From: Podarcis vaucheri
Lineage: Eukaryota
Direction: 5' to 3' (one strand)
Assembly (NCBI GenBank): GCA_965113315.1
Contig: OZ220373.1
Length of the DNA stretch: 64,000 bases
Numbering within the stretch: position 1 is the first letter of the stretch; the number at the start of each line of letters is the position of its first letter. Of the stretch, positions 26,075 to 39,615 are shown piece by piece. The notes under the pieces are model-generated. The model had not been told where the DNA came from. It saw only the letters and a list, made by a program, of their open reading frames with translations, and made no database searches. Made by a program: the position numbers and the translations under genes.

Positions 26075-29000
26075 TATATTGTTTTATTTACACATATATA
26101 CAACCCGAGAACAAGACGGAGGGGCTCTAAGCATTAACACCCCAGGAGATCTTGCTTCCCCATTAAGCTTCCAGGGGAGCCCCAAAGCCCAGTACAGATC
26201 AGGAATGTCTCTGTCTCCAGTTTCAGGCCTGCTTCCAACCCATATCAACAGCAGTGGCTTTTGCTCTCCTACCTAACTGCTGAGTGAGCAGAGGTTGGGG
26301 GGAAGGCCCACCCATTTGTTCTATGGCACAGAACAACTTCTGTGTTTATGCTACTTAACTAGCTAGCCAAAGGGATTACCTTAATAAAGGAACTGGGTTG
26401 GCAAGCTTATTCTTATACATTCTACTCTCACAGATACAGGATTCCAATAACTAGAAGGGACTCAGGGTATCATCCAAACTGACCCCACCTCCCAAACTCA
26501 GAACAGCATTATGGTTTAAAATTTTATCATGTAACCCTAGCAAAACAAACAGAACAATATCAAAGTGGCAGTCAAATATGTGTGACAAAACACAACACTT
26601 TTTTTTTCAACAGCATATCCAGTAGTGTATATCAGCAAAGCACAGAAATGCATTCCTCATTCATCAATATTCTATATTTTTCAGGCGTTTTCCCACTCAC
26701 CTTTTCACATCCTGGAAAATGTTAAAGGAAGACAATTGCTAAAATGAGAGCTTGATGGGATAATTGTTCACCTGTGCTTTTCTGCTGCTTTTCTTCTGAA
26801 AATTGCTTGCTTCAGAAAGATGCTCACTGTGCAGGAGTCAATTTGTTTATTGTCTGTGTTGTGATAAAGCACATGCAATGGTGCAGGGGAAAGGAACAAG
26901 TTCATAGCTGTAGGAGGGGCCTTCCGCCTTCCAGAGGCAAGAGAGAAAGATGTCACCCCTGGATGTTGTCTGTGTATTTGATAGGATGGCTGGCTGCTGT
27001 TAGAAGCTCTAGGCCTCAGTTTTGGTTTCTATTAAAGCAAAGATTAAGTTCCTTTGTTAAGTAGCAGTTCTTACTGAAAGCTTGCCAACCCCTCTGGCTC
27101 AACTACAGCATATATTGTTACTGCAGGGTGGTTCTCTTTGTTAGAGTCACTGAGGCAGCTGTAATAATTAAGGAAAAGGAATACAGGTGACTTCTGGTTC
27201 TGAGAACCAATCAGAGGCTTGGAAGAAAAGGAAGGCCCAACAAGGCCACAATCACACCATCCATTTAAAATGCTATAATACCACTTTAAACTGCCATGGC
27301 TTCCCCCAAAGAATTCTAGGAACTGTAGTTTGTTAGGGTGCTGAGAGTTGTTAAAAGGCCCCTATTCCTCTCACATAGTACAATTCACAGAGTTCCCTGG
27401 GAAGCATCATTGTTTGTTAAACCACTCGGGGAACTGTAGCTTTTTAAAAACTAAAAACAAAAAAGTGATTAAGAATGTCAATATGTTGTTGCTGGGAGGG
27501 AAGTAAACATATAATACATACAAATAAAATGAATATGCTTTACAGTGCAATCCCATGCATGATTACTTGAAAGCAACCCCACCCACCTTGTGGCCAGCAG
27601 AATATACTTTCATGTAAACGTGGCAAGGAGTTCAGCCTAACTCTCCTGCTGAAATCATGGAGTGGCAAAATAGTTAACTTTTGGTTGTTCTGCAGGCTTG
27701 GGTCAGTGGATTCTTCTGTAATCTTACTGTCAATGTGACCAGACCTCTGTTATTACATTGCTCCTTACATGAGGAAGATACTTTGGTGGGTGATTTATTT
27801 ATTTTTATTAAAGTCCTCAAACGTTTATAAACAGGAAAGGAAAAGCATGGTAATTCTTAAAGTGTCTAGAGCCTTCCCTTAAGCCAACTTCTGATGGAGG
27901 AATTTTAAAATAAAGATAATGCTTTTGTTTTGCTTTGTAAGCCTTTCCTTACGTCCTGCTCTGTCGTAGGCTGAGCTTCTTCAACAGGAACGTCTGATTG
28001 TACTGCATGACATCTGAAAACCAGTTTGGCACCAAAACTCTTGCTTCAACATTCCTCACAGTCTTATACTGCTGGTCAATCTAGCTCAGTGTTGTCCACA
28101 CTGACTGGCAACAGCTCTCCAACATTTCAGCCGTTTCTGGAGATGCTGAGCCTTGAACCTGGGACATGGCTGATGCTCTACCACTGAGCTACCTACGGCC
28201 CTTCCTCTGAAGTCATCATTGCTGCATCTGAAAGGAGTGGTCCAGGTGTGCTTGGGCCTCTCTCTCTGGATCCCAGCCACATCCTCTGTCCCTTATAGGT
28301 GTTGCAGTTGAACAGTCCGTCCCTTTTGCCTTTAAAATAAATGTTCAGTTAAAGTATCTGAGAAGGAGGAGGAAAGGATTCAAGTCTGTTGACCTTTTAA
28401 GTATTTATGCTTAATTATAATAAGCCTAGACCTGGAACAAGATCGACTCTTGCATAATGTTTGTTTTGTTTTGTTTGGTCTCGTTTCCACAACGTATGGG
28501 ATGGGTTCCGTGCTGGGTTTCTTTAAATTATATATTATTTTAAAAATAGTCTCAATGGGTGCATTGTCCAAGGACTCCAATATGTGAGTCATCCCTCTCC
28601 ATTTCTAGATATTTCCTTTCACCTGCTAATAGAGGCAGGTAAGGATTCCAGAGGACTCTCTCTGTGTGGTTTTTGCTCCCTGCTGCTGGATGGGGAGAAA
28701 TGGGGTGGACAAGACACCAGAGAGTGGTCTTTTTAAGTACAGACACATAGTAGTTATACAAAGACTGATTTTCAGTGTAAAGGTCTGAAGATGAGTATGT
28801 ACACAGGGGCTTTGAGATTCTTGCTGAGCCCATTCAAATCTAGAACTGGGGCAGAAATGTGATTCAGTTTTCATTTAAAGGCAAATCTACCTATTACACA
28901 CTTTCTGAAACAATATACAAACTAGAACACAAACACCCATCAAAATTTGCACTTCTCCAAACAAGTAATGTATTGAATAAAATGCATATACTAGATAAAG

Positions 29001-29264
29001 CATGCCTTAAAATGCATATATTTATGAAAGTAACAGACGAAAAAGCATTATATATGAGGAAACTGTAGATTATGCAAAATTGCAAACAAAAATGTGTATA
29101 TTGGGAGAAAAATCACATGAGGGCTTTCATGAGGACTAAAAAAAAAAAGGATTTGAGAAACTGAAATTGACAGATTCACCCATCCTTATAAATCTCAGTG
29201 TCAAAGCTAAGTGAAAGATGTGATATACTTTTCTATGCATATAGCATCACAGGATTACTTGAGA

Positions 29265-29393
29265 AGGCTAGCTCAGCACAATCTTAATCTCAGGGTTGTG
29301 GGTTCAAGCCCCATGTTGGGCAAAAGATTTCTGTAACGCAGGGGGTTTGACTAGATAACCCTCATGGCCCCTTCCAACTCTACAATTCTATGA
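29265..29393 (+). mobile_element. Short tRNA-headed SINE with CR1-derived 3' tail (POM/Squam2-like)
   Basis: TCTTAATCTCAGGGTTGTGGGTTCAAGCCCC head plus CCCTTCCAACTCTACAATTCTATGA CR1 tail; a related reverse copy lies at ~24237-24385. Confidence 0.65.
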
Positions 29394-30236
29394 GAAGTCA
29401 GCCTATGGGAATAAATTGCTGCATCTGAAGAGGCCCACCCACATCCATCCCCACTCCACCCCACACAATCTAGATATACGAAAAGGGAGAACCATTTTCA
29501 ACATTTTGTACTTATCTGGATTCAAATTTCCATCACACTCCATGAGAAAATCGATACTCCAAGATCATAACCAACCAGGGATCAATGTCACATAGTGTCC
29601 ATTTGTTTCAATGGGACTCACCCAGGTCATCCTAGGACTGCAATCGCAATGAAAACAGTAGGGCATGCTCTTGAATAAATGCACATAAGGCGGGTCGTAA
29701 GGCTCCAATTCTCAAACCATTTTCTTTGTAATCGTCCCAAAGCCCAGTTGCTGCAGCAAATTATTCAAGAGCTGAATTCCAAATGGTTTCTTGTATGTAA
29801 AGTGAATGGCTAATAGCAGTGATCAAAAGCAAACTGTCAGTAAGTCTGAGCAATGAACAGTTTTGAATGATGAGGGATGTCCTTTCCTGCTCATAAGTAA
29901 GGACTTAAGAAACGTTGATGGAATGCACAATTCATAAATATTCCGACTTTAACCATGAGTTCCTTGTACCAGACAGCCTCTGTCCCTGTTACTATTTCCC
30001 CCTTCAACACAAGGTGTAGGATGGGATGGAACATCCTGTTCCATTTTAAATTCAGTTCCCCACATTTCCTCAGCAGTTTACAATTAAAATACAATAAATC
30101 CCCATTAAAATATGCACGGAACAACAAAGTAAATAAACAGGGAAGATCAGCTCGTCTGTAGCTGTGGGGCTGTTAGGAAGACAGGAAAGCTCTTGGATTT
30201 GTGGGAGGAAGCAAAGAATGTAAATTCAATCAATAT

Positions 30237-31318
30237 TGTCCTGGCCCTCACTGCCAGATGAAGAACTCAAACTCCCAAAGGTTTCTGCCAAAGACTTTAA
30301 TGCTTAAATCAGAGCTGTGCATAAGCAAGGCACAATTACAAGGTACGGCAGGAGTGCAGGAGAATACATGTCCGGGAGCCAGCTAAGGTGTTTGTTATGG
30401 TTCCAAGGGGTTGCTCGAGAGCAAGCAGGCAAATGCCTCCCTCTCGGCTGTGAAGCCTTGCTTTTGATGCCAAAATAAAATTTATCTGTCCAGAGCGCCA
30501 CTCTCCCGTGGCTGGCTCATTCACTGGCAGAATCCGTGAGTGGGCGGTCCTTAAACCTTCCCCAGCAGAGTAGTTTCTTGACGCCCAGTCTGCGCCTCCC
30601 CTCTTGGCGCGGAAGCCTACTGCGCAAGGAAGGCGTGGGTAACGGGGGACCTCTCTCCTTCCCGCTTTGCTCAGGCAAGGTGTCCTGGCACCGCCTCGCC
30701 TCCTCCGAGCCCTGAAGCTCCTCTCCACTGGAGGCGTGGTTACTCTCCTCCGCTGAGGAGGAGCTGCTTCCCATGATCTTTGGGGGCTCTCTGTAATCCA
30801 TCCGGCTTTTCCCCTCTCCCCCCTGAGCCGATGGCAGTTCCCTGACAGTGTTGATCCATCAAGTAACATGCCTCCTGCACCTTCCTTCTGCCAGCCAGAA
30901 TCCCAAGACCGGGCAAGCGAATGGAAACTACAGCTGCGCTGAGCTTGCAAGCTCCGTTTGTGTCAATTCTGGCGTTCCTGTGCCCTAGGAGGTGGAGATG
31001 GAGTCAATGCCTGTTTGGCGTCAGATTCGATCTCAGCGGCCTCCCTCATCACTGACAAGGGAGTGTGCTGGAGGTGGTTCTATGACAGGAGGGATCTGAC
31101 TAGCTGTGTCCCGTGTCACTAGAGCAGAATGCTCCTCTGGCAACCTGCTTGGTCCCTCCCCAAGAACTAACTCACCATCCTCCATGCTCTTTCCCTGACC
31201 CTTCTTGGTCATCTCCCACTGATGCTTTCCCAATCTCCGCTAGGATGCTCCCCAGCTCCAGCTAACTGTGCTCTTCCCAGTCCTCTTCGGGATCAAACTA
31301 GCCCCCCCCCCCACGACA
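30237..31318 (-). mobile_element. Older solo-LTR-like element (family C) interrupted by the 30393-30847 LTR
   Basis: TGTC/GACA termini, purine-rich 5' half on the minus strand, ATTAAA on minus at 30296-30301; no clean TSD, so the left boundary is uncertain. Confidence 0.5.
30393..30847 (-). mobile_element. Solo LTR, family A (divergent subfamily), nested in another LTR
   Basis: Minus strand TGTCAGGGAACT...CCATAACA; perfect TSD GTGTT; open frame 30846-30517. Confidence 0.88.
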
Positions 31319-31920
31319 TAAATAAAAAAAGAAATAAAATCCACTTGAATAACCGCAGCAATCAGATGGTGGTAAACTTAAAATACAGACCTTCATGCGA
31401 GGAAGTTTCCCTGCCACCAAATCTTCCTGTACCAATTTCCTCTTCAAAACTTGGAGAGAGTCAATTATATCTGAGTGTTGTTATGTATTGATGTCATCTC
31501 CACAATGACCTTGTTTTTATGATGCTGTAGGTACTTGATAAAAAGCTTCTTATCCTAATGAGCCGTATAGCGGGAGGAAAGGACGGCAAGGTCGAGAGCG
31601 TATGTGCTAATAAGACAAGCAACGGAAGTATTTGTGTACTCAGCATCAAAACAAATTGCAACACCTTCCACCTTCCCTGAGAACATTGTTTACGGCTGGC
31701 CAAGAGACAGCGTTCTCAACAAGGCCAACGTAGAATTGATTGCATCCGTGGAACAGCCAGGAATAAATAAATGAATTGTTTTATTATAAGTAGTGTTTTC
31801 CCTAATAATGCAAAGCAGACGAGGCAACAAACAAAATGCGGTGTTTGTGTGTTAAAATCTGTAAGTCTACCCATTATTAATGCATTACATATTTGCATTA
31901 CATTACATATCTTTGTTACA

Positions 31921-32277
31921 GGGACGCGGGTGGCGCTGTGGGTAAAACCTCAGTGCCTAGGACTTGCCGATCGCATGGTCGCCGGTTCGAATCCCCATGG
32001 CGGGGTGCGCTCTCGTCGTTCGGTCCCAGCGCCTGCCAACCTAGCAATTCAAAAGCACCCCCGGGTACAAGTAGATGAATAGGGACTGCTTACTAGCGGG
32101 AAGGTAAACGGCATTTCCGTGTGCTGCGCTGGCTCGCCAGATGCAGCTTGTCACGCTGGCCACATAACCCGGAAGTGTCTGCGGACAGCGCTGGCCTATA
32201 GAGTGAGATGAGCACACAACCCTAGAGTCTGTCAAGACTGGCCCGTACGGGCAGGGGTACCTTTACCTTTACCTTTA
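31921..32277 (+). mobile_element. Sauria SINE
   Basis: Full length; TSD ACATATCTTTGTTA. Confidence 0.9.
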
Positions 32278-33678
32278 CATATCTTTGTTACCTACATAGG
32301 CAGATTTTTCTTTCTCCTCTATCTCTAGTAACACCTATTGAGCTCAGTGGGGCTTACTTCTAAGTAAGCATGTATAGAATCATTTACACTTTACATAAAA
32401 GGGCTGCAAGCAAGCAAGCAAGCAAGCAAGCAAATAAATAAATAAATAGCATTCTAAATGCCTGAAAGCCTGCTTTTCTATTTATCGTTTTAAACATCAT
32501 AGCATCAAGAGCTGGAAGGGATTCCAAAGGTCATCGAGCCCCAGCCTCTGCAATGCAGGAATCACAGCTGTATTTTGAGGCACAACTTATTTTGCAGCTG
32601 GTTAATATTTTGTTATTTTAAATTAAAGCTTTTTTGTAGCCTAGGACTATTTCTGCGATACATAAATAAGAAGTTAAAAATAAACCGAAATGTTATAATG
32701 AGGAGTGACCGCTCTTAAACAAGTATCTTTATTTTTTTCCACTTTCAGTCTCTAAATACCCAATATATTAGTAGCACGGGGCATCAGAAAGCTAAGCGAT
32801 GCCACTATGTATGTAGCTTCTACCTCTTTCATTGAGGTTATGCACGCACATCTCTACTTTAGTTGCTACTGTGAGCTGCCACGGGACTGACCTCTGCTGG
32901 AAAGAGTTTTGATTGCACCGTAAGTTTTCATGCACTGAACAGAACTCCTCAAAATAAACCAAAAATATACATACCTATATTTGAGATTGAGCTTCAAAAG
33001 CATCCTCCCTCGTTCCATCATGCAGGTTCACAGCCAACGTATTCTGGGGCAAGAAAACTGACATCACACAGGAGGTTAATCACATAAAGAGAGCCTCCGG
33101 CCAGCAACTATTCCCTGAATCAATGAACTGGAAGTGCCATGTGACGGCTCCTGCTTACATAATTTTCTTGACACATCAGCATTATAAGTAACCCAACGAT
33201 GGATCTTTGCAATAGATCATGATGACGTTTAGCACTAGGTTCGCCAAAGATGCCAGGACAGCATTTAGCACACCTGGAAACAAAATGATTATAGACGAAG
33301 GCGGTGGGGGAACAGAACAGAACATCAGACGCAAAGAGATTTACAATATTACCTCCTACCATATTGGGTGCTTCTAGAGCTTCAGCCAGTCCCAACATCC
33401 TTGTGCTGGTTTGAGCAGGGCCTGACAAGCCTAGTGGCCAGCAGAAAACTAGTTTCTCTCATATAGAAGTTAATACCCATAGCAAAACAAATTCCAGAGG
33501 GCTGGTTGTGCCCTGTTTGCTGTCAGACGCAGTCTTTTGACAACAAGCTTCTGCAACAAGAAATTATAGGCACCACAATAAATTTCTCTCTCTCTCTCTC
33601 CTTTTCTCTTTCTCCCTACCCCTTTCGCCTTGCAGAAGGTTTTCTGCTAGTCTTAAGCCACTGTTGGATAGACTAGAT

Positions 33679-33813
33679 CAGTGTTTCCCAAACTTGGGTC
33701 TCTGGCTATTTTTTGAACTACAACTCCCATCATGCCTCGCTAGCAAGATCAGTGGTCGGGGATGATGGGAACTATAGTCCAAAAACAGCTGGAGACCCAA
33801 GTTTGGGACACTG
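33679..33813. mobile_element. Short palindromic hAT MITE
   Basis: CAGTGTTTCCCAAACTTGGGTCTC / GAGACCCAAGTTTGGGACACTG; perfect 8-bp TSD GACTAGAT; relatives at 8715-8851 (TSD ATCCAGAG) and 54774-54912. Confidence 0.85.
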
Positions 33814-34410
33814 GACTAGATGGTAGATAGGGAACCTGTGGTCCTCCAGACGCTGTTGCACTCCCAACCTCTATCATCCCAGACCACTGGCTGTGTTGAC
33901 TGGAGCTGACGGATTTTGAGAGTCCAGCAACATCTAGAGGACCACAGGTTCCTCACTTTCTGCAACAGACCTTTAAAGGGAAGACTCATTCTCAGGAAAA
34001 AGTGAGTGACCTACCACGGAATGGGAGAGAGGAGGCAAACCATCCAATAATAAGTGAAAATAGATCTTTGCCGTGGGTCAGTTTTCTAGCAGGTAGAAAT
34101 ATTCAATGGAATAGCACATGCCCTCTTGTAGTGCCTCTTGTCAGTAAATCAAGTTGGGATTTGTGCCGAGTAGGGGGTAATGTTTTGGTATCACGCCTCG
34201 AGCTACTGAACACAATGACACACTGAAAAGAGGCTGAAGAAATTGCTTTGAGTCCCTTATCCAGCAAGCAAGGGGTTTCTCAAAAAAAAAAAAAAAAAAA
34301 GCTTATTCACAAAATTGCTATATTGTAAATGACGTTGGTTCCTCTGCCTCCACTGCAACTCAGCGCTAAGTTTACCTGGAAGTAAATCAACAGAGTTAAT
34401 TTCTAGAATA

Positions 34411-34747
34411 CATTGGTGCCCCGCAAGACGAATGCCTCACAAGACGGAAAACCCGCTAGACGAAAGGGTTTTCCGTTTTTCAATGCGCTTCGCAGGACGA
34501 ATTTCCCTATGGGCTTGCTTCGCAAGACGAAAATGTCTTGCGAGTCTTGAGATTTTTTTTCGCTCCCCCCCTTTTTCTAAGCCGCTAAGCCTTTAATAGC
34601 CTTTTAGCAGCTAAGCCGCTAAGCCTTTAATAGCCGCTAAACCGCTAATAGCGCTAATCCGCTAATAGGGTTGCTTCGCAAGACGAAAAAACCGCTAGAC
34701 GAAGATACTCGCGGAACGGATTATTTTCGTCTTGCGAGGCACCACTG
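34411..34747. mobile_element. Tigger-like MITE, CGCAAGACG family
   Basis: TA-flanked TIRs CATTGGTGCCCCGCAAGACG / CGTCTTGCGAGGCACCACTG; internal GCCGCTAA repeats. Confidence 0.82.
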
Positions 34748-35060
34748 TATGTGCTTAGGAGTGCAGGCATGGCTCAGCTCGAAGGGGACCACCTGCAAGT
34801 TTTGTCTAAGCAAGCCAACAAAGTTCAACAGGATATTCTTCCTCCCATGAAGTGTGAGATAAAAATGGGCCTGAAGCAAAAACCCTTTAAACCATGGAAG
34901 ATTTATTCCTTGAAATGTTTCAGAAGTGCAGCATCTTGGGGTACATTCAAAAGTGTTACATTTACAGTATGAACACACAGAGACAGAGCTGAAGGATCCA
35001 CATTCAAGTTAGTGCTCAACCATGAAACTCATTAGGTGACCTTGGACCTATTGCTTGCGT

Positions 35061-35062
<2 letters not shown>

Positions 35063-35106
<44 letters not shown>
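35063..35106. repeat. (TC)n microsatellite
   Basis: Direct reading. Confidence 0.95.
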
Positions 35107-35109
<3 letters not shown>

Positions 35110-36746
35110 CTAACCTATCTCACAGGGGTGTTGCAATGATAAAGGGTTGGGGGGGGGGAGAGACGACACATGTTTGTGGGCCTGAGCACCTTGGAGGAGT
35201 GGAAGCAGGATAAAACCTGCATGTCTTTATGTTAGGAATACCAGCTTAGAGGAGCTGGAACCCATTCATCAATCATGATATGCTCCTGTTGGGTTTTCTA
35301 CAAACTGGAAGGGGTGTCTCTGTAGCAATAGGATTGTTTCAAGTGTGTGGCCATCTTCTCCCCAAGGACAGCACCCACACAAGCCCTACATGGGCGAGAA
35401 AGAACGCAGGAGTTCGTGAGACAAAAACTGTAGAAAGCGATGGAGGCAAACTTTCCAGACTGTGGCAAAAAAACACCAGTAGCTGCGCAAGCAAGAGGCA
35501 GGGGGCACCACAACGCTCGCTGCCGCCCCCCCCCCCAACTAAGACCAAAATATTTCTCCTTGGTTGGCCTAGCTCTACAATCGAGATCACATGCAGAGCA
35601 CCTGAAGGCATGATCCTGCACCTCAAGGCCCCTTTCTGAAATGGCTGTTCTTCATCATGCCTGTGACCAAGAACACAAGCCTGTTGTTGAAATCAGTAGT
35701 ACAAAGTTTAGTTAACTATCTGATCTACAGCTAGTACAATTATCCAGTGTTTCAGGTTCATTCAAGTAATTACAGTACTTTACACCCTTCAGAAATTCGA
35801 TATTGCCTATATACACAGTAGTTTAAGCTTCTTTTAAGGCTTTCCAAAGTAAGCATGAAGGTTTCCAGAGAGATTGCTGCCACTGCACTCCAGGCAAACC
35901 ACTCAATGCTTCTTCTTAAGTTTCCAGCTCATGGTTTGCCTAGAGACAAACCATGAACCTGGGTTCAGATGACACGCTAAATCATGGCATGCTCAGAGCA
36001 GCAGCAGCAGCAGCAGCACCAGAGAAGGACAGTGGTCAGTTTTCTCTCCAGGAACCCTCAGGCACATGAGCTCATACTAAGGCATGGTTTGGCTTAGTGT
36101 CATGTCAACCAGTTCACTCCAAGTAGTAACTGATATATAAATGAGCATTTATCCCATGAACACAACCCCTTCACTCTTCCCCCTTTGTGTCATTAAAGCA
36201 GGGAGTCTTTAATTAACCACAATTGAAAATAGCCAAGATATTGAGCGAACTTCAAACCCTGGTTTAAGATCCCAGCCTCTTCCAAAGTTCCACAGCTCCC
36301 CAGTTCAGATAAAATAGAAAACTATGGTTAATTAGGCTTCCTTGTTTGGTTATAGCTCGTTTGAAGGGAGGAGCCAAAGGGACAGCATGCACAGATAAAA
36401 AGCTTGTTCCGATCTTATGTTGTTGAGATATGATCATCAAACCAGCTCATTGTTTAAAAAAAGAAAGAAACACAAAGGCTTGGATCCAGACTATAGTCAT
36501 TACCATAGGCCTATTGAAATCATGACTAATTTGTCCCCTTGTTTTCCATGGGTCGACTTTAAGCATAGCTAAGTCTGGCTCCAACTCAGTAGATTTACAA
36601 AAGAAAATACTGATAATGGCTCAGCACAGCAGTTTGCTGCCCAGAATTCTTTTCCCTCATTCAGTGTGATTTCAGTAGTCAACGAAATTCCAGCTGCACC
36701 AGATTCACAAACCTGGTCATTAATGAGATGCAGTTCATTCAGAGTC

Positions 36747-36908
36747 TTACATCCGTAAGCTTCTTGTTCTTTGAAAAGGCTGGAAAGGCTTTTTAAATGC
36801 CCACCCCAACAGCATTGGTCTCTGCTTGCTTTTTTCTGGAAACAGAACCGCTTCACTTTCAGGAGTAGGAAATCGCTCCTTGTACACCTCAGGATAGGAT
36901 TTCTGAAA
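36747..36908 (-). CDS. DEPDC1B: DEPDC1B last coding exon 11 (162 bp including TAA)
   Basis: ttctag|TTTCAGAAATCC...CGGATGTAA; [53 protein letters not shown]. Confidence 0.95.
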   Translation of the reverse strand, partial: FQKSYPEVYKERFPTPESEAVLFPEKSKQRPMLLGWAFKKPFQPFQRTRSLRM

Positions 36909-38845
36909 CTAGAAAGGAAGCATGCAAAGATTAGCTAATGAATTTATTCGGGCCATTTGAAAGTGACTTGCTTATTCAAGCAGAACATGTCCAGTCTCTG
37001 ACTACAAGGGGGGTGGGGTGGGGAATGCGTTCATCTCTTGCCAAACATTATGGAAGAGGAACTTAACTGCATAACAGTGCTGTGCTGGGAGACTTTTGTT
37101 CCACTCTTTGCTCACTAACATCTGGAGTCCCATCTTGTCCCCTCTTGCCTTTCAACATCTACAGAAAGCTGCTGGGAGAAGTCATTTAGAGGTTTGGGCT
37201 CAGGCTTCATCAATATACAGATGGCATGCAGTTATTCCATCATTTAATTCTAGGGAGGCAGATGAGACCTTGAGCCACCTGGGGGCAGTACTGAGATGGA
37301 AGAGGACTCGAAAAGCTGGATCTGTATCCAGACAAGAGGAAAGTACTGCAGCTGGGGAAATCTGCTAATCTGCATGGAGATTTGAATCTGATTATGATGG
37401 GGTGACACTACAGTCTGTGAATAGGTACAAGAGAGCTGCAGGTGGCGTTGCTTGCCAAGAGTGCTTTTGACCGGCAAGGGCTAGGTCAGTAGTGCAGCCC
37501 AGTTTCGGGAAAACAGTCCTAGCCACTGTGATCCACCCCCTGGTTAAATCCATCTTAGATTACAGTAATACTATGTGTGCCTGAAGCTGCTCTTGCAGAG
37601 GATTTGGAAACTGAAACTGAGGAGCAATGTGGTAGTGGGAACCTTTGCAAAAGTTGGGCATACTTATCTTATCTCACCTCTTGTGTACTGGTTAACTTGG
37701 TCACCCATTTTCCCCCATTTTAAAGTGCTGACTTTAAAGTGATAACATCTGGGGGATGTTATCTGAAGGACCAGTACACCTGTATGAGCTGGCCCAAGCA
37801 TCTGAAGGCCTCCTCTCTGGGCCTCCAGCAAGAGCTTATAGGGATTTCTCAATGGCAACACCCTTTGAACTCCTTCCCTAGGGAGGGGTGTGTGGCCTCA
37901 CCATTGCTGGTCTCTTTTTAAAAAAACAAACAAACAACCTTTAAAACATGTTTATTCAAGTCTGCATTTGGCTAAATAGTTTGTACTCAGAAATACATTT
38001 AGCTGTTAATTTTTCAGTGTGTGTGTGTCTGTTGTAACTGTATTTTCTTTTTTTAAAAAAATCAACGTGAAACTTTTCAACGTACAATACAATAAAAGCC
38101 AAACTAATCTAAATAAAAATAGAAGAGAAAACAAAACACACTAAAATATAAAAGAAAGAAAGAAAACAAAGAGAAAAAGCATAAGAAAAGAAAAATACTA
38201 TCAGAGGGGCATATTAACCCTTGTCCCACACAAAAGATGGTGGACCCTTTCCGGCTCTCACCTGTATTTTCAAGTCCTGTAAGCTGCCTTCTGAGGGCTG
38301 TGAGCCCTAAAAGGGGAATTAAACCATTTTTAAACTGCCTCATTCTGGAGAAGTTCCACATTTTCACTACCCTCAAGTTTGTAACTGATGACGTCTCAGC
38401 CATGAAAGTACGGTGTGTTATTTAACACCACACAAACTGCATTTAAACCATAAATTGGTATAACATTTCTGCTAGGCAAGCCTATATTTAGGGACCTTAC
38501 AATAATGACTTCCCATACTGTCATGTGAACCAGGAGGCCTATTATGTCTAGAAAGGGTATTAACTGGAACCCAGTTGGTTTTGCCACATCCTGAAGGCTA
38601 TCAGGCTTATGAGGACACAGAAGCAGGTTTTTTTTTTCTGTTGGTGGGGTGGCACCAGTGTTGTGAAATGTTATCCCTGCTAAAATAAAGCACACCACTT
38701 TGGTATTGAAATTCCACCAGCTCTTGAAGACATACCTATCCTCCTCCTAATCTCCTGAATTGAACCTCCTGCTTTTGCTGTTGTTGCAACTGTAACACTG
38801 TTTTAATAGCCCTGTTTATTATGTATTTTAATTATGGATACAAAA

Positions 38846-39266
38846 TGTAATGGGTTTAGGGGTTGCTCGTGTGTAAGTTGCCGCCACTGCTGGCGAGGTT
38901 ACCTGGTTAAACCCTTTCTGACTGAACAGCCTCCAGCATCGTGACTGTCTCAGTCGCTGGCAGAATCCGTCAGTGGGCGTTTCTTAAACCTTTTCCAGCA
39001 TAAAAGCTGTTTGACGCCAAGTCTCCTCCTACTCTCTTCTGCGCAGGGAGGGTGTGGGTAGCGGAGTACCCGTACTCTCTCCGCTGGTCTCCGGCGAGGA
39101 GTCTTGGAGCCTCCTCTCCGATTCCCCCATCTGCCCCCCTTCTCCACTGGTGTTACGCTGATTTCCTTCCCCAGCAGATGGGCTGCCTCTCTCCCTACTG
39201 GGACCCTCTCCGGCATCCCTCTGGAGCCTTCCCTCCACCTCTAGCTCCGATGGCAGTTCCCTGACA
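38846..39266 (-). mobile_element. Solo LTR, family A
   Basis: Minus strand TGTCAGGGAACT...CCCATTACA; perfect TSD CAAAA; homologous to 63454-63889; one internal deletion breaks the frame. Confidence 0.88.
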
Positions 39267-39300
39267 CAAAACTACATGCATTAATTAGCATGGTGTAGTA

Positions 39301-39615
39301 CAGTGGTGCCTCGCAAGACGAAAAGAATCCGTTCTGTGGTTATCTTCGTCTAGCGGTTTTTTCGTCTTCCGAAGCAAGCCCATTGACAGATTAGCGGATT
39401 AGCACTATTAGCGGCTTTTAGCGGCTTATCGGATCAGCTGATAAGTGGCTTAGCGGCTTAGAAAAGGGGGGGAACCCGCAGGAACTCGCAAGACATTTTC
39501 GTCTTGCGAAGCAAGCCCATAGGAGATTTGTTTTGCGAAGCACCTCCAAAACAGAAAACTCTTTCGTCTAGCGAGTTTTCCGTCTTGCGAGGCATTCGTC
39601 TTGCGGGGCACCACT
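39301..39615. mobile_element. Tigger-like MITE, CGCAAGACG family
   Basis: TA|CAGTGGTGCCTCGCAAGACG...CGTCTTGCGGGGCACCACTG|TA; further copies at ~47500-47716 (partial) and 49563-49792. Confidence 0.85.

Noticed and set aside
29265-29325. tRNA gene
   Set aside because: Truncated tRNA-like head joined to a CR1 tail, so a SINE without a complete cloverleaf.
30336-30950. 204-aa minus ORF spanning the nested LTRs
   Set aside because: It crosses insertion junctions and is in a different frame from the conserved LTR ORF; a chance chimera.
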